64,000 nt of DNA from Octopus vulgaris (GCA_951406725.2 OX597814.1:215264001-215328000), one strand, 5' to 3'. Counted from the stretch's first letter, positions 26,382 to 40,021 are shown. The notes: generated by a model from the sequence alone, not told the origin. Numbers and translations are program-made.

Positions 26382-28034
26382 GGAGATGCGTATAAAATCA
26401 CCGCTGAGTCTGTTCGAAACACACCTGGGAGGCGTTTTCTGATAAACGAACTCGTATTTCACAAACCAAAGTTTTTAACAATCTGTCATACCATTATTCA
26501 CTTCCACGCCATTTTATTTTCCACTATTATTGAAAACACTATATTAAAATCAAATTGGTTTAGCTGCTGTTGAATAAATTGCCCATAGTTAATATTTGAA
26601 ATGAGTAAATCGATTTGGCAGAAGCCAATACCAAATTCTTTTAAACATTATAACTACAATTACTTCAAAAGTCTGCAGACAATCACTGATGTGCATTTAT
26701 CATCTCTGGCGTTGAAAATAAAGAAAACAAAACCATTTTTGCGTTAATTCTATCAATTTACTCAGCAAACAACGACTGTCTGCTATAAGTTATTTATTCG
26801 AGAGTTGGAAATAGAAATTATCTTCTCGAACAATTTCACTTATCATCATGTTGTTTCATCTGTTGCCATGACTAATTTAATCCCATGCTCGTTCTACGCC
26901 ATTTAATTTCCTGTAAAAAATTCCAGCTTGTATACTTTTTTTTTTCCTATTGTAAATCCCTTCACTGAATAGGAAATTTCGCCAACGAATCAATTCAGTC
27001 TAAATATTGTAATTCAATGTCCATAGTTTCCTTATTTTTTGTATTTGTTTTTGAAAATTACCAAAATATTTCCTTATAAATTACTATAATACAAGCACTA
27101 TCAGTTAATTTTAATATTCTGTGGCCTCGTTCAGATAAGTTTTGATTGTTTAGAAAGCAAACTAGTTTTGGATGATCCTCGATCGATAGTACATCGAAAC
27201 TTATAGTTGAATCTTTGTATATGGTGATGGATAATAGAGTAATATGCATAATTTACAAACGAATGGCGCTGTTTATGTCATTTGTTGAAGCAGGCTTACA
27301 TTAAAATTTATATTAATTTCGATCAAAATACTTTGACGAACAATTGTGATCAATTATAAACGAAGCATTTTTCTACGACTCATTAGAATGACACTTTTCT
27401 CTGGGGGAACAGTTTAATGTGTTATGGTCAGTGAGTGTGACTGGTGACATGTAGTGTAAGAGCTTTGAATTACAAATATGACTGGATTGCTTTTCGTTAC
27501 TCAAACTTTGTGATTAGCAACGTAACTCGACTCTCATACTGCAAGCTAGCATATGCAAGTTATGAAACTGTCAGATATTTAAGAATATATGTTCTAATTC
27601 TGAAGCTAACAGATCATAAATATAAATGATGCAACACAGGCAATGTCAGGGAGCCAAAATTATAAGAACTATCATATTGTAATGTAATTCTCACAAGAGA
27701 AAATGTTCTCAAAATTATCTGACATTGCAATCTAACTCAATGTTACTTAGAAACAAAATTCTTACAAATTCCTTTAAAACTGCAGTCACAGCAAAATTAC
27801 AGAAAAAAAATTACTTTGCTCAAATAAGTCTCTTGGATACACAATATTCTGCGCATATTTTCCAACAATTCGCAACAAAATACATATAATAGATATTAGT
27901 ATTTAAATTAACTTATAATCATAAATTTGATCGATAAAATAGTAAGCATCGTCGGCCCAGCATCATAGAAACATCATCATTGAGCAATATAAGAAGCATC
28001 ATGATAAGAAGCTATAACGATATGACTAACCAAA

Positions 28035-28210
28035 ATCCTCTATGTGGTCGTTCGACCTGCTTGAAGCAGCAGCCAAATCTCCCTTAGAATAAAACAGTAT
28101 CATCGTAAAAAGAAAATTAGATATTCATCCAGTATACTGTACTCTTGGTAACATTATATTCTAAGGACTGATCGAATGATCAGTAGGCTGCCTAATCCGG
28201 ACAGATTTGA
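28035..28210. mobile_element. Old dispersed repeat (family D; related decayed copies near 38520-38710, 43490-43800, 57555-57700, 62650-62720)
   Basis: Recurrent motif gacctgctagaaatagcagccaaatctccc or its reverse complement. Confidence 0.6.
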
Positions 28211-29124
28211 ACCAATCAACGCGACAATAACGACCAAGAGCAAACGAGGAAACCTCTCCGCTGGTACTCAACATCTTAGGGGACAAATCTCTCCCAAATC
28301 CTACACTACTAATTTAAAAGAGAAAATACACCTTGAATAATAATCTCTAGATATTCTAAAGAAAGACAGGATAGGAACAAATAGGACGTATGTATATCTT
28401 CAGTCAGAGTCAATCAGAAACTAATGCAGAACATCATCAATCTTGAAAATAGGTTTACCCCAATTAGATAAGAACATAGATATTGAGAATATGTTGGAAT
28501 TGCTAGATGTTATGTACTGGCCTTTACTGAAGGTGTTATTAGTGTGACTAACTGGTGATATGACAGATTCTTTTGTGGAGCGTTGTAGTTCGCTTGAAGC
28601 ATTGATATATAGAAGAAGGTAAAAAGAGAAAATTGAAAGCTTCTGACAATGCGGAAACTTTAATAAAACCTTTATATTTCAGGCGCAGAGTCCCATCTTA
28701 AGAGGAAAATAACAGTTTGAGAAAAGTCCAATTATGTTGGCTCCGTTCATGCTTAGTAATAAACATAAACGTTTCTTACTTTGGCATAAAGCCATAAATT
28801 TTTAGAGTAGAAAGCCATAAATTTATAGGTTAGAATATATTTGTGTGAATCTCCCCAGTATATAAGAGGTACTTATATCGGCATACTCTTTGAAAGGTAA
28901 GCAGACTTTGAAGGACATCTGCTCAAGCGTAGTGGTTCAAATTTTTTTTTTTAAATCATAAAGCATTAATTCTAGCATAAACACAGACATAGTTGGAGGA
29001 TTAAGGCATCCGCATTGCAATCACGAAGTCTCAGGTTCGATCCTACTGTGTGGCATCTTGCACTACTCTCCGCACAAGCCTTGTTAATAAAATTAAATGG
29101 AAGTCAGTTTGGTGTAGTGTATCT

Positions 29125-29493
29125 TTTATCTTATCTTTTACTTATTTCAATCATTAGACTGCAGCCATGCTCAGGTCAAGCGTTCAAGAATTTCAGTTGA
29201 AGCCTGGTCCTTATTCTATCGACCTCTCTTGCCAAACTGCTAAGTTACATGGACGTGAGTACACCAACACCGGTTGTCAATCGGTAGTGGGTGGACAAAC
29301 ACAGACACACAAACATAAATACATATGCATATACGACGGGCTTCTTTCAGTTTCCGACTATCAAATCCACTCACAAGGCTTTGGTCGGCCCGATGCTAAA
29401 ATAGAAGACATTTGTTCAAGGTTCCACATAGTGGAACCGAACTCGGAGGGAGCCATGTGGTTGGGAAGTAAGCTGTTTACCACACAGCCACGC
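29125..29493 (-). mobile_element. Family-B SINE, preceded by a + strand head fragment at about 28995-29110
   Basis: Reverse complement of the family-B consensus. Confidence 0.85.
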
Positions 29494-29663
29494 TTGTAAA
29501 TCCAAGTTCTTGCCTTATTTAATCTTGATCTGTCAGAAATTACTTGAAGAGTACACATGTCTATGGTATACTCAACCACTTACACGTTAATTTAAGAATT
29601 AATTCAGTGATAGTTCAATTGATCGAACAACCGAATGTTAATCGTCGATGTATTAATTCCTGT

Positions 29664-30229
29664 TTGGCGGCGAGCTGGCAGAACCGTTAGCATGCCGGTC
29701 GAAATGCTTAGCGGTATTTCGTTTGCCGCTACGTTCTGAGTTCAAATTCTGCCGAGGTCGACTTTGCCTTTCATCCTTTCGGGGTCGATAAATTAAGTAC
29801 CAGTTACGCACTGGGGTCGATATAATCGACTTAATCCGTTTGTCTGTCCTCTCTGTGTTTAGCCCCTTGTGGATAATAAAGAAATAGGTATTTCGTCTGC
29901 CGCTACGTTCTGAGTTCAAATTCCGCCGAGGTCGACTTTGCCTTTCATCCTTTCGGGGTCGATAAATTAAGTACCAGTTACGCACTGGGGTCGATCTAAT
30001 CGAGTTAATCCGTTTGTCTGTCCTTGTTTGTTCCCTCTATGTTTAGCCCCTTGTGGGTAGTAAATAAATAGGTATTTCGTCTGCCATTACGTTCTGAGTT
30101 CAAATTTCGCCGAGGTCGACTTTGCCTTTCATCCTTTCGGGGTCGATTAAATAAGTACCAGTTACGCACTGGGGTCGATGTAATCGACTTAATCCGTTTG
30201 CCTGTCCTTGTTTGTCCCCTCTGTGTTTA
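29664..30229 (+). mobile_element. Family-A MetaSINE-like trimer inside one 13-bp TSD
   Basis: One head, then bodies starting ggtatttcg at 29713, 29887 and 30071. TSD tattaattcctgt at 29651-29663 and 30230-30242. Confidence 0.93.
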
Positions 30230-31084
30230 TATTAATTCCTGTCATAACTTTTCTGCCTAACATAATACAGAAAAAATTTTGCAATGATATCGAATGCCCT
30301 TTTCTATCACCTCTGCCTCTTAACTCACGTCAAGGTAATACCAGTTCTTCTCTCAGTTACGGGGTAGGGATGCCGCCCACTCGGGGAAATACTGACTGAA
30401 ATTGTGTTATCAGTATGAGAATGTATATAAATACGAGCGAGAACACTTTCAGCTCAACGTTTCCTCCTCCAATTAGGTTAGCACGAAATTTACATGAGCA
30501 GTTTAGTTGCTTATTCCTTATCATCCCCTTCAGTAAAACAACATAGAATCTGAGCTGTGTTTATATGCCAACGCTTTCATCAAAATGAAAGCATCAATGC
30601 GCGTACAAAAAAAACAAAAGCAGAGAAAAAGAAAAAAGAAACAAGAGATGCACATACTGCAGACGAGAGTATCCGTCCTTGCACTTACTTTTCTCCACGT
30701 TTTTCTACGTGTTTATGCATAATAGCCCACACAGGTCCTATATTTAAATGCGTAGTGTCATATATCCAAATATTGCGCCAATAAGCACAGGCCGTATCAT
30801 GCTTGCAATGTTTTCCTTTCTTCTATATTACTCTTGTTTTCCAACTCCTCTCTTTAACAGCGCGTGAGAGAAAGAGAGAGAAAGAACGAAAAAGCAGGTG
30901 AATGAGAATGAGAGAGAGAGAGAGAGAGAGAGAGAAGAATAGGGTGTAGCGGATAGAGATGATGCTGAAAACACAATAAGCATGCAAGTAATGGAGGAAC
31001 AGTGAACAACGTGTATGCGTATACTTGAGTATCTGTCTGTATGTATGTATATATGACTGTATGTTATATATATATATATATATA

Positions 31085-31237
31085 AAGGGGAAGAATTCAC
31101 AACCCCCCCAAAAAAGACGAAGACAGGTGGTGTAGACAACAAACAGATGTAATAGTTTAACGCTCTTCCACAGAAAGGAAGACAGAAAGAAACAAGGAGC
31201 GAAAATAAAGAATGTGTAGTGGCTAGCGATCTATCAT
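31085..31237 (-). mobile_element. (TA)n-embedded short element (50297-50490 family) with 39-bp internal deletion
   Basis: aaaagacgaagacaggtggtgta...tgtgtagtggcta..atctatcat matches 50320-50481. The segment between two cgctc direct repeats is missing. Confidence 0.85.
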
Positions 31238-31356
31238 ATATATATATATTTCGTATATGTATATACATATATATATATATATATATATAAGTATATATAT
31301 ATTTCGTATATGTATATACATGTATATATAAATATATATATTTCGTATGCATGTCG

Positions 31357-31407
<51 letters not shown>

Positions 31408-31438
31408 CTCAAAATAAGCAGCAGGATATCCAGAGGTG

Positions 31439-31526
31439 ATGCAGTACGACCGTTTCAAGCAGCTCCATTTAATTGAACGATGCAATCATTACATCAACTG
31501 AAATGCAGAGCTATCCTCAGCTGCAT
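31439..31526 (-). ncRNA. Type-I hammerhead ribozyme with extended stem II
   Basis: Minus strand: atgcag CTGAGGA tagctc..cattt..agttga / tcaatt aaatg gagctg ctt GAAA CGGTCG TA ctgcat. 6-bp stem I, GUA site, followed by tail tgcttattttgag. Confidence 0.75.
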
Positions 31527-31906
31527 AAATAAATAAAAAGAATTAATTTAATCAGACGGACACATTTGTATAATTTTACTTAAATTCTGTAAGAAGGTAA
31601 GAAGACAAAGCCCATGCTGTTCTCACTTCAGCTTAGAAGCTGCTAAGACATCAGGAAAAAGGAAACTTGTTAGGGTTCTAGCTTGTCACTGATTTTTAGG
31701 GTCGGTTTTGATTTATAGTCCTAGTTTATCAAATCTTTGTATATCAAAATCTAAGACAAGCTGAAGTGAAAATAGCACTGACTTTGTCTGTCTTCTGGAT
31801 TTCTTGTTGCTTATTTTGATATTATTGATCTTATTTTAAAATTGTACGGATAATACCGCACTGATTTTTGGTGTCTCAACCTAAGTATCTAATTCATCTG
31901 AATCTC

Positions 31907-31996
<90 letters not shown>

Positions 31997-32185
31997 ACAA
32001 ACACACACACAAACACACACACAGACATACACACAGACACACACACACATATTTCGTATATGTATATGCATATATATATGCCGTATACATATATATATAT
32101 GTCATATATATATATATATATATATCATATACATATATATATACATATGTCATATACATATATATATATACATATACAAATGTCG

Positions 32186-32218
<33 letters not shown>

Positions 32219-33417
32219 TTCTTTGTGTGTCTTTGTTCCTCCCCATTGCTTGACAAACCGTGCCGGTGCGTTTGCTTTCCAGAAACTTCGCGTTTTAGCT
32301 ACTTATTTTGATATCAGCAGATAATGATTAAAAAATAGAGGACGTCGTTTTACATATGCGCTTGTACGCAATGGGGAGTACAAATGTAAATGCTCTTATG
32401 AATGAAAGTTTGGTAATTGCGTTTATTTCTGCCACGCGACGCTTATGTGATCAGCGTGTTGTCTATCGAAAGAGTGCTCTTTGGTATAAGTAAATGCCGG
32501 TGAAATCATTTCAAACCTTTCCGATTTCCCTTCTCAAAACGGATAGGACTTGTGCAACAATTTGACATATCAGTTATTGTCACCTAGGAAGAGGATTATT
32601 TTATGCTCAAGGAAGAGCGTGTATTAGATAGAAATTGTTGAAATACATATGTAGGAAATTGTGGAGAATGGTATTCTCTGTACTTGGATTTAGTTAGTAT
32701 GGGTCAAAAACTCAGCCCCCTTTTTAAATGTAAAAAGTCTGAAAATTTGTCATATTAAACATTCATTTCTTATTCATTTGAACCAAAGAATTTATCGAGA
32801 AAAAATTTGACGATAAAGTTAGACGTTTAAAAATCGAAAAACTATCTATTTTTAGTCAATAATAAACCTTCGTTGTAGCAAACGGTATCAACTTTAAGAT
32901 TGTACCCTGCGTGACCTGTTCACTGTAGGTTTCTAAACAAAGATGAGTACCTTATAAAGTCATGTTTTTATTTTTTTATATATTTTTGTTATATTAATGT
33001 ATTTGTCTGCATGTTTGGGTAAGTTTTTACAAGTTCATCTACATAAGCAGCTATTTGCGATAACGACAGGTCCCTTATCGCAAATAGTGGATCTAGTTTG
33101 TTTCATTCACAAAATCTGCAGTTTTTAAAAGGGAGTAAAATAATCTGAAAGTTGTTATACTGATGCAGTTTTCCACGCTTATTCCTGTGAAGCCATGAAC
33201 TTCTGGAGAAAAAAAATTGACAAAAACATTACAGACGATTAAAAATCGAAAAAACCCCCACAAAAACTGCCAATTTTTAGCCAATAATGAGACAGAAATT
33301 ATCTGCGTTGTAGCGGCATCAACTTCGCGGTGTCAACTTTAAGGTTGTACCCTGTGAAATTTATACTTTAGCATCCAACTCGAATACTATGTAACACATA
33401 AAGCATCAATTTTCAAA

Positions 33418-33456
<39 letters not shown>

Positions 33457-34569
33457 CAAACCTCTGTGTGTGTATGTTTGCTAGTGTCTGTTTTGTTTTA
33501 GCTTTTGTTTACTTATACACATCAGCAAATGAGTCAATGCCACACTCTCTGCGTGGTTATTCAATTTGCTTGAAATAACACCCAAATCTTCCTCATATTA
33601 TATTTTTGTTAGTATTAAGGAAAGGGGGAAAATGTTTATTCCTCCATCATTACGATTAAAATTAATATTTTTGATTTTGTTCGGTTCTATGAATTTAATT
33701 TTTTTTTAAATGCTTCTGTCCATTGCTTGATACAAAAAAAGAGAAGAAAAAAAAAAAGAAATTGAAAAATCCTGACCAAAACAGAAATTCTAACTTAAAA
33801 AAGAGAAAGAAAAGGTTCTGTTTTCCAAAGCCGAAAGATGTGTTTTTAGTTGTGGTGTAATATTATAATTAAAACAAATTAAAAATTTCCATTTCGGAAC
33901 ATAAGACTTACCACATTATCTGGTGTATGGCCGCAGTTCAAATCGGTGCAAAACCTAAAGCAAATGTGTGTGTGTGTGTGTGTGGTTGGGGCCTTTAATA
34001 GCCCGGGGTCAATTTAACTTCAATCGCAGAAAGGAATTCAAAGCGACAGCACACGCAATCGTATACATAGAAACACACACAAACACATACCTATCAGCTA
34101 CTCCAAAATTCTGACCACCAATCTTTATATATTTGCACACAACCACACACATACACATTCAGCTTTTTCTTTTTATTCATTGCTTTTTTTCTTCTTTTAG
34201 TCATCTGTCACTATTCATCTGTTTTAGCTCTTGTTTTTGTTTTGGGAGTTTCTCTCCAGCGACATCACTAATTGGTACCAGGAATTTACTTGGTGTCGCC
34301 AAAGTGGGGAAAGTGTTTTTTAAGTTTTTGAAAATTTGAAACAAAATGGCATGGTTTTTGTTAAACTGACTGTCGCAGAGGTGTGAAAATATGGCTACTA
34401 CTCGCTCATTTCAAATTAAACTTACCAAAGTTGAGGGTCTTCCAGCGCCCCCAAGTCTCTTAACACGCCCTAGCGCCCCTGTGCCATATGGCCCCCGTTG
34501 ATAACCTTTGCTTTAGGTCATATTAAGTAAAATGCTGTTGTTTGTATTGTCTTAAATGTCACGACATCC

Positions 34570-34965
34570 TTTATCTTTATCTTTTGTTTTAGTGATTGGA
34601 CAACAGTCATGCTAGGGCAACACTTTGATGATATTAGTCGTACAAATCGACACCAATACTTATTTTTAAAGCCTGGTACTTATTCTATCGGTCTCTGATG
34701 AACTACTAATCTACGGGGACGCAAACAAGCTAACAGTGATTGATAAGTGGGGATGGGTGGGAAAACACAAAAACGCGCGCGCACACATACATAATATATA
34801 CACGTATATACATCGGACTTCCACTTAGTCTCCGTCTACTAAAAATTAACTCACATGACATTAGTCAATCTTGGTCTGTAGTAGAAGACACAGTCCCACC
34901 ATGCAGTGGGACTGTACCCGTAACCATATGGTTACAAGGCGAAATTCTTAATCCCGCAATCATGC
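34570..34965 (-). mobile_element. Old family-B SINE
   Basis: Diverged reverse-complement match (ggtacttattctatcggtctc, gtagaagacac, cagtgggactg). Confidence 0.75.
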
Positions 34966-35371
34966 CCGTCCATATACAAAATAATGAAATTAATAGAAGT
35001 TTTCAAAATATGCATTAAATTAAAATGGAATTAAATGAAAACAAATCCCTGTTCAGTATATTTGCAATAAATATATTTAAACAATTAAAATAATAAATTT
35101 TAACTGTTAATCAATTACTGGTTTATCAAGTTGATTAATTCCATATTTGGTAGTCTGAGATTCTTAGAACGATATTCAACCAATAATCAGTATTATGAGC
35201 ATTCATGATATTTAATGATAAATATTGATAAATATTCAATGTACACTCTCTATCTTTCCTCACAAACCCACACATACAAAACTATACACATGCATCTCTA
35301 CACACATATATTTCTGCACGTATATGTCATTATAACAATCCCTCTCTCTTTCTTTCTCTGTCTCTCTCTTT

Positions 35372-35373
<2 letters not shown>

Positions 35374-35465
<92 letters not shown>
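35374..35465. repeat. (TA)n microsatellite
   Basis: Direct inspection. Confidence 0.97.
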
Positions 35466-35468
<3 letters not shown>

Positions 35469-36130
35469 GAAGCTCAAAGTAATACTGCATCACTATAAGT
35501 TTTCAAACGCACTGTTTATACACGCACGCATGGACGTATATATATCAGACGCTAAAAGTGCTAAAAATTTCATGATAACAAATATGGTGTTATTTTAATT
35601 CCATCCTTGCCGCACACTATCTGCCACTGACACTATACATTTAACTTTATAATTACTATTAATAATTTCCCGCCTCTGCCTTCGTTTCCTACTACTAACA
35701 CGTTTCTATATTTTCCTTTCCCATTTCTACTATTTCAAATGCTGCCTTGTAGGTAGGATTTGTTTTCATTATAAGGCAGAATTTAGCAAACGGAGTGTTT
35801 ACAGTACCGGGGACTTAACATAAATCTTCATTTTGTATAAATGCAGGTATAATTTACGGAGTATATATATATATATATTCCATCTGCAAATTATGACATT
35901 TAGGATTATTACGTAACCCCGAGCTCCCTGAAACAGCTGTCGAGTTAAGAAATTATGTATTTTCTTAATTGTGTTCCGTATGTTTTGTGCTTTATCTATA
36001 TATATGTGTGTGTATATGTGTATATGTGTGTGTATGTGTGTGTGTCTGTATGTGAGAAGATTAATTGTGTTTATCTACATTATTAGCTGTCTGTCTGTCT
36101 GTCTGCCATCTCTTTCCCCCTCTCTCTCCT

Positions 36131-36167
<37 letters not shown>

Positions 36168-36454
36168 CGCATCAGAGTATCGATAGATTTATATATTTCC
36201 TACGTAAAATGTTGCCACTTTGCATTGAATAGTGAAATGTTACACTTTGTTTTTGTCAGAGACTAATTATTCGTACATGCCATTGTGGATACTTAAAAAA
36301 TGAGTTAGAGTGCGATATAAACATAGAATTGTCAACATATTCTAACGCTAAACAATTTGATGGTAGTTATGGAAATTGAACAAAAAGTGAATATTTTTTT
36401 ACAAACACATTGCAATGCAATTTTGAAAACATTGAAAACTTAATATGCAATTAT

Positions 36455-36459
36455 CATAT

Positions 36460-36513
<54 letters not shown>

Positions 36514-36654
36514 ATATATATGTATGTATGTATATATATATATATAAATATATATATAGATATATAGATATATATAATATATATTTATATATATATGTAT
36601 GTATGTATTTATGTATGTATTATATATATATATATGTAGCTATATATATATATA

Positions 36655-36685
<31 letters not shown>

Positions 36686-36822
36686 ATAAACATTTGTATA
36701 TATATACGCATATATATATGCATACATGTACATCTATCTATCTATATGTATGTATATAGATACACATACACACACACACGCGCACATATATATATACATA
36801 TATACATATATGTATTTATATA
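36455..36822. repeat. Degenerate (TA)n/(TATG)n field
   Basis: Direct inspection. Confidence 0.92.
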
Positions 36823-37451
36823 GGCAGATACCTGTACTTACATATACATTCTTAGTCTCGTGTTTGTATAAATATTGAGAGACTAACGTTTTGGTCATGT
36901 ATCAAGAATCTGTTGAATACGCCTACTGAGCGATTAGTTCTTATTTCAATGCAAACTCCAAACGTAAGCAACACCCACACTATTAGTAGGAGTAGAAAGA
37001 ATTAGAAAAGTAGTAGACATCGAGATACTAAGTGAGAGTATACATTCATACAAGATAACTCGACATTTTTTCAGTGACCAAGCAACGAATATGATTATTA
37101 TTAGTATGTCTCGAAAATCTGATATCACTTTTTGGGGTACTAAAAGGATGAATTTTGATCCGATTATGATTTCTTTTGATTTGCAATAAACTCATATTCC
37201 TCTTAATTTTCTGAAGCAAATTGAATTTTGGTTAACCCCCAAACCCGCCCTGATACCTGACTGTTCTGTGATTCTACGATTTCTAGATGCATAGTGTGTT
37301 CGGGATCACACTATCCACTGTGTTTTGCTTTTGTAAAACACTAGGTTGTAATTTAAAGGACATGTCGTCACTGTTTTCTCTAAGACGAGTGACTGCTATT
37401 GATTGCGCTTTACTGGAATTTAAACCTAGAGACATTAAGCTTTATAATATA

Positions 37452-37864
37452 CTAGCAGCTAAGCCTGGTTTCACCCCGTCTGTTTGGATGATGTGGCTGT
37501 GATCGTTTTCGGTTAGGCAGAATCTATAACAGTGTTTCTAAACCTTATCATTTCGGGTCCCCTGTTTCGATTGGAGCCTCCAGCTGTATGAATATTTCCT
37601 GGCTCCCCTACCCCAGTCAGAAAATAGCTTCAGGAGTTGAAAAGAACGAATTTGTACGTAGTCTGGGGGAATTCCATTAGAAAAGGCTTTAATCAATTTT
37701 CTCGGTAACTATGGGGGCTAGGAAAAAATACAAACCGCATTCCCATCTGTGCACCCGTCTCCATATGTGTGCAATTTTTCACGTGAATCCACCCAGCTGT
37801 TTGGCCGTGAACCTCAAGACAAGAAAGAATACAACGATCGCCCATGTCCAATTTATATTATAGA
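37452..37864 (-). mobile_element. Non-autonomous Helitron
   Basis: Minus strand starts A|TCTATAATATAAA and ends ...ggggtgaaaccagg (hairpin) cttagctgCTAG|T. Confidence 0.75.
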
Positions 37865-38749
37865 TAATACCACGAAAGTCTCTCCGCTATATTCCTCTTT
37901 AGAGAAAGCAAAATACTTGAAGGTTTTAAAAGACTAATGATGATGATTAATTAGGACGACGTCGTCCATAGCCACAACGACGGCAATACTGGTAATGATG
38001 AATGATGATGACGCCAACGACGGTTGTCAATTGGAAGTTTGATCGACATCAAACAAATATACTTTATCGTTGCTAGGAGAACGTTAGCTCGATGAAAGTT
38101 CCTAAAACGATTGCAGGCTTTCCTTGATAATTCTATGCTAATAAAATCCGCTGAAAGTATACGATTTGCAGTTCATGCCTTTTCATTAGTTTTGTGTATA
38201 TATATGATATTTGCTAGTAATACAAGAATAAAATCCTTTTATATCCATTATCAGTTTTACATTAACTGATAATTTGTCTCAGAAAATTGTTTCTCTGATA
38301 TAGTTCTTTGTAAGTGGACCAGAACACGCATGGATTTTCATTTACCAGAGGAGTAAATGTTTAACTTCATTGTTCTCTGCTAATCTTTAATCAGATAGAA
38401 CTTTGCTGATGTTCAGGTGATATAGAACCGTCGTTAATTTCTAACTCGACATCGGTATTTTGAGTCACATATCTCCAAATTGTTATTATGATATCACAAA
38501 GAACATTGAGTGAACAAGGGTGCCTTTAAGAGTTCGCTGGACTTTCTAAATGCCTAATAGTAAAATGTCTCTCAAATCACGCAGCTTACTGCCTTAAACG
38601 GAGAATAACACATTAGATAATGTAATTTAATAGGTAATATAAATGAGGGGAAACTTTCGGTTGTAAAACCTTTTGTCATCGGTTTACTCAACCAGGGCTG
38701 ATATCAGGCAGTCCCGATACGGGACCTGAGGAAAGCGCCTTTTATTGAG

Positions 38750-39060
38750 GTTCCAGGTCAACCAGCGCCAGAGAGAATTTGGTTGACGGAAACTGAAAGT
38801 TCGTTCTGTGTGTGAGTGTGTGTGTGTGTGTGTTTGTGTATGTGTGTGTGTAAGCGAGTGCATATGTATATGAGTATGTGTCTACGTTTGCATTCGTCCA
38901 CCACTGCTTAGTGACCGCTGTTGGTTTGTTTACCTACCCGAAAATTAGCGGTTCGGCAAGAGAACCGATAGAGTAAGTGCCAAACTTAAAACATATGTAC
39001 AAGGGACGATTTGTTATACCAACCCTACAAGGTGGCATTCCAGCATGAGAGCAAGTAAAG
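38750..39060 (+). mobile_element. Old 5'-truncated family-B SINE
   Basis: gacggaaactgaaag, ttagcggttcggcaagagaaccgatagagtaagt, ggtggcattccagcatg. Confidence 0.7.
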
Positions 39061-39124
39061 GGGGTACAATGAACAACAATGATATTGCTGTACAAATTTA
39101 CAGAAGACAATTTGAGAATATTCT

Positions 39125-39498
39125 CTCTCTTTTACTTGTTTCAATCATATGGCTGCGGCCATGCTGGAGCACCGCCTTTAGTCGAGCAACTCGATCCCGG
39201 GACTTATTCTTTGTAAGCCCAGTACTATCGGTCTCTTTTTCCGAACCGCTAAGTGACGGGGACGTAAACACACCAGCATCGGTTATCAAGCAATGCTAGG
39301 GGGACAAACACAGACACACAAACATATATACATATATACGACAGGCTTCTTTCAGTTTCCATCTACCAAAGCCACTCACAAGGCATTGGTCGGCCCGGTG
39401 CTATAGCAGAAGACACTTGCCCAAGATGCCACGCAGTGGGACTGAACCCGGAACCATGTGGTTGGTTAGCAAGCTACTTACCACACAGCCACTCCTGT
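39125..39498 (-). mobile_element. Young family-B SINE
   Basis: Near-identical reverse complement of 7780-8190. Confidence 0.92.
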
Positions 39499-40021
39499 CA
39501 TGAATTATTTCAACAGGAAGAAAAGAATCTTTAATAATGCACCAACGACATCACTAGTTAACATTAGGAAGTCATTATTGGCACTTAAAACAGATTTATT
39601 TTAATTTCAACGCCCTTACATTTAAATTTGATTAAATCATTTGTTTTTCAGCTATAATCTCCTGCAGATTCACTTTCTGCATGTAATCCAATTAGTCGTG
39701 TCTTTCTTTTTTCTTTGGTTCACACCAAGGAAGCTAACTCATATCTAATAACACAGTCTGCCTTTCTCATCAACTAAAATCCATAAAATTTATAAATTTG
39801 TTTAATGTACTGGTAATAAGTGCAGTAGAATAAAATAAACGTTCCAAGCAAGGCAGTTCCGCCACATAGCTTCGATTAATGCTCTCAACTTTCTTAATTC
39901 ATTTACATGTTCAAAGTACATGGAGAACATACAAATGTCAGAGCATATCATTTTATATTCCTGATATTTTTAATGTAGCAAATTCAATAGAGATGTTAGT
40001 TCTTAATATCTAAGTCGTAGA

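Noticed and set aside
25929-26573. 143-177-aa ORFs on both strands
   Set aside because: CV/TH dipeptide runs from (TG)n repeats.
29664-30229. Tandem ~180-bp units as a CRISPR-like array
   Set aside because: No unique spacers; the units are SINE bodies.
30828-32324. Long YI/TH-rich ORFs
   Set aside because: Microsatellite read-through.
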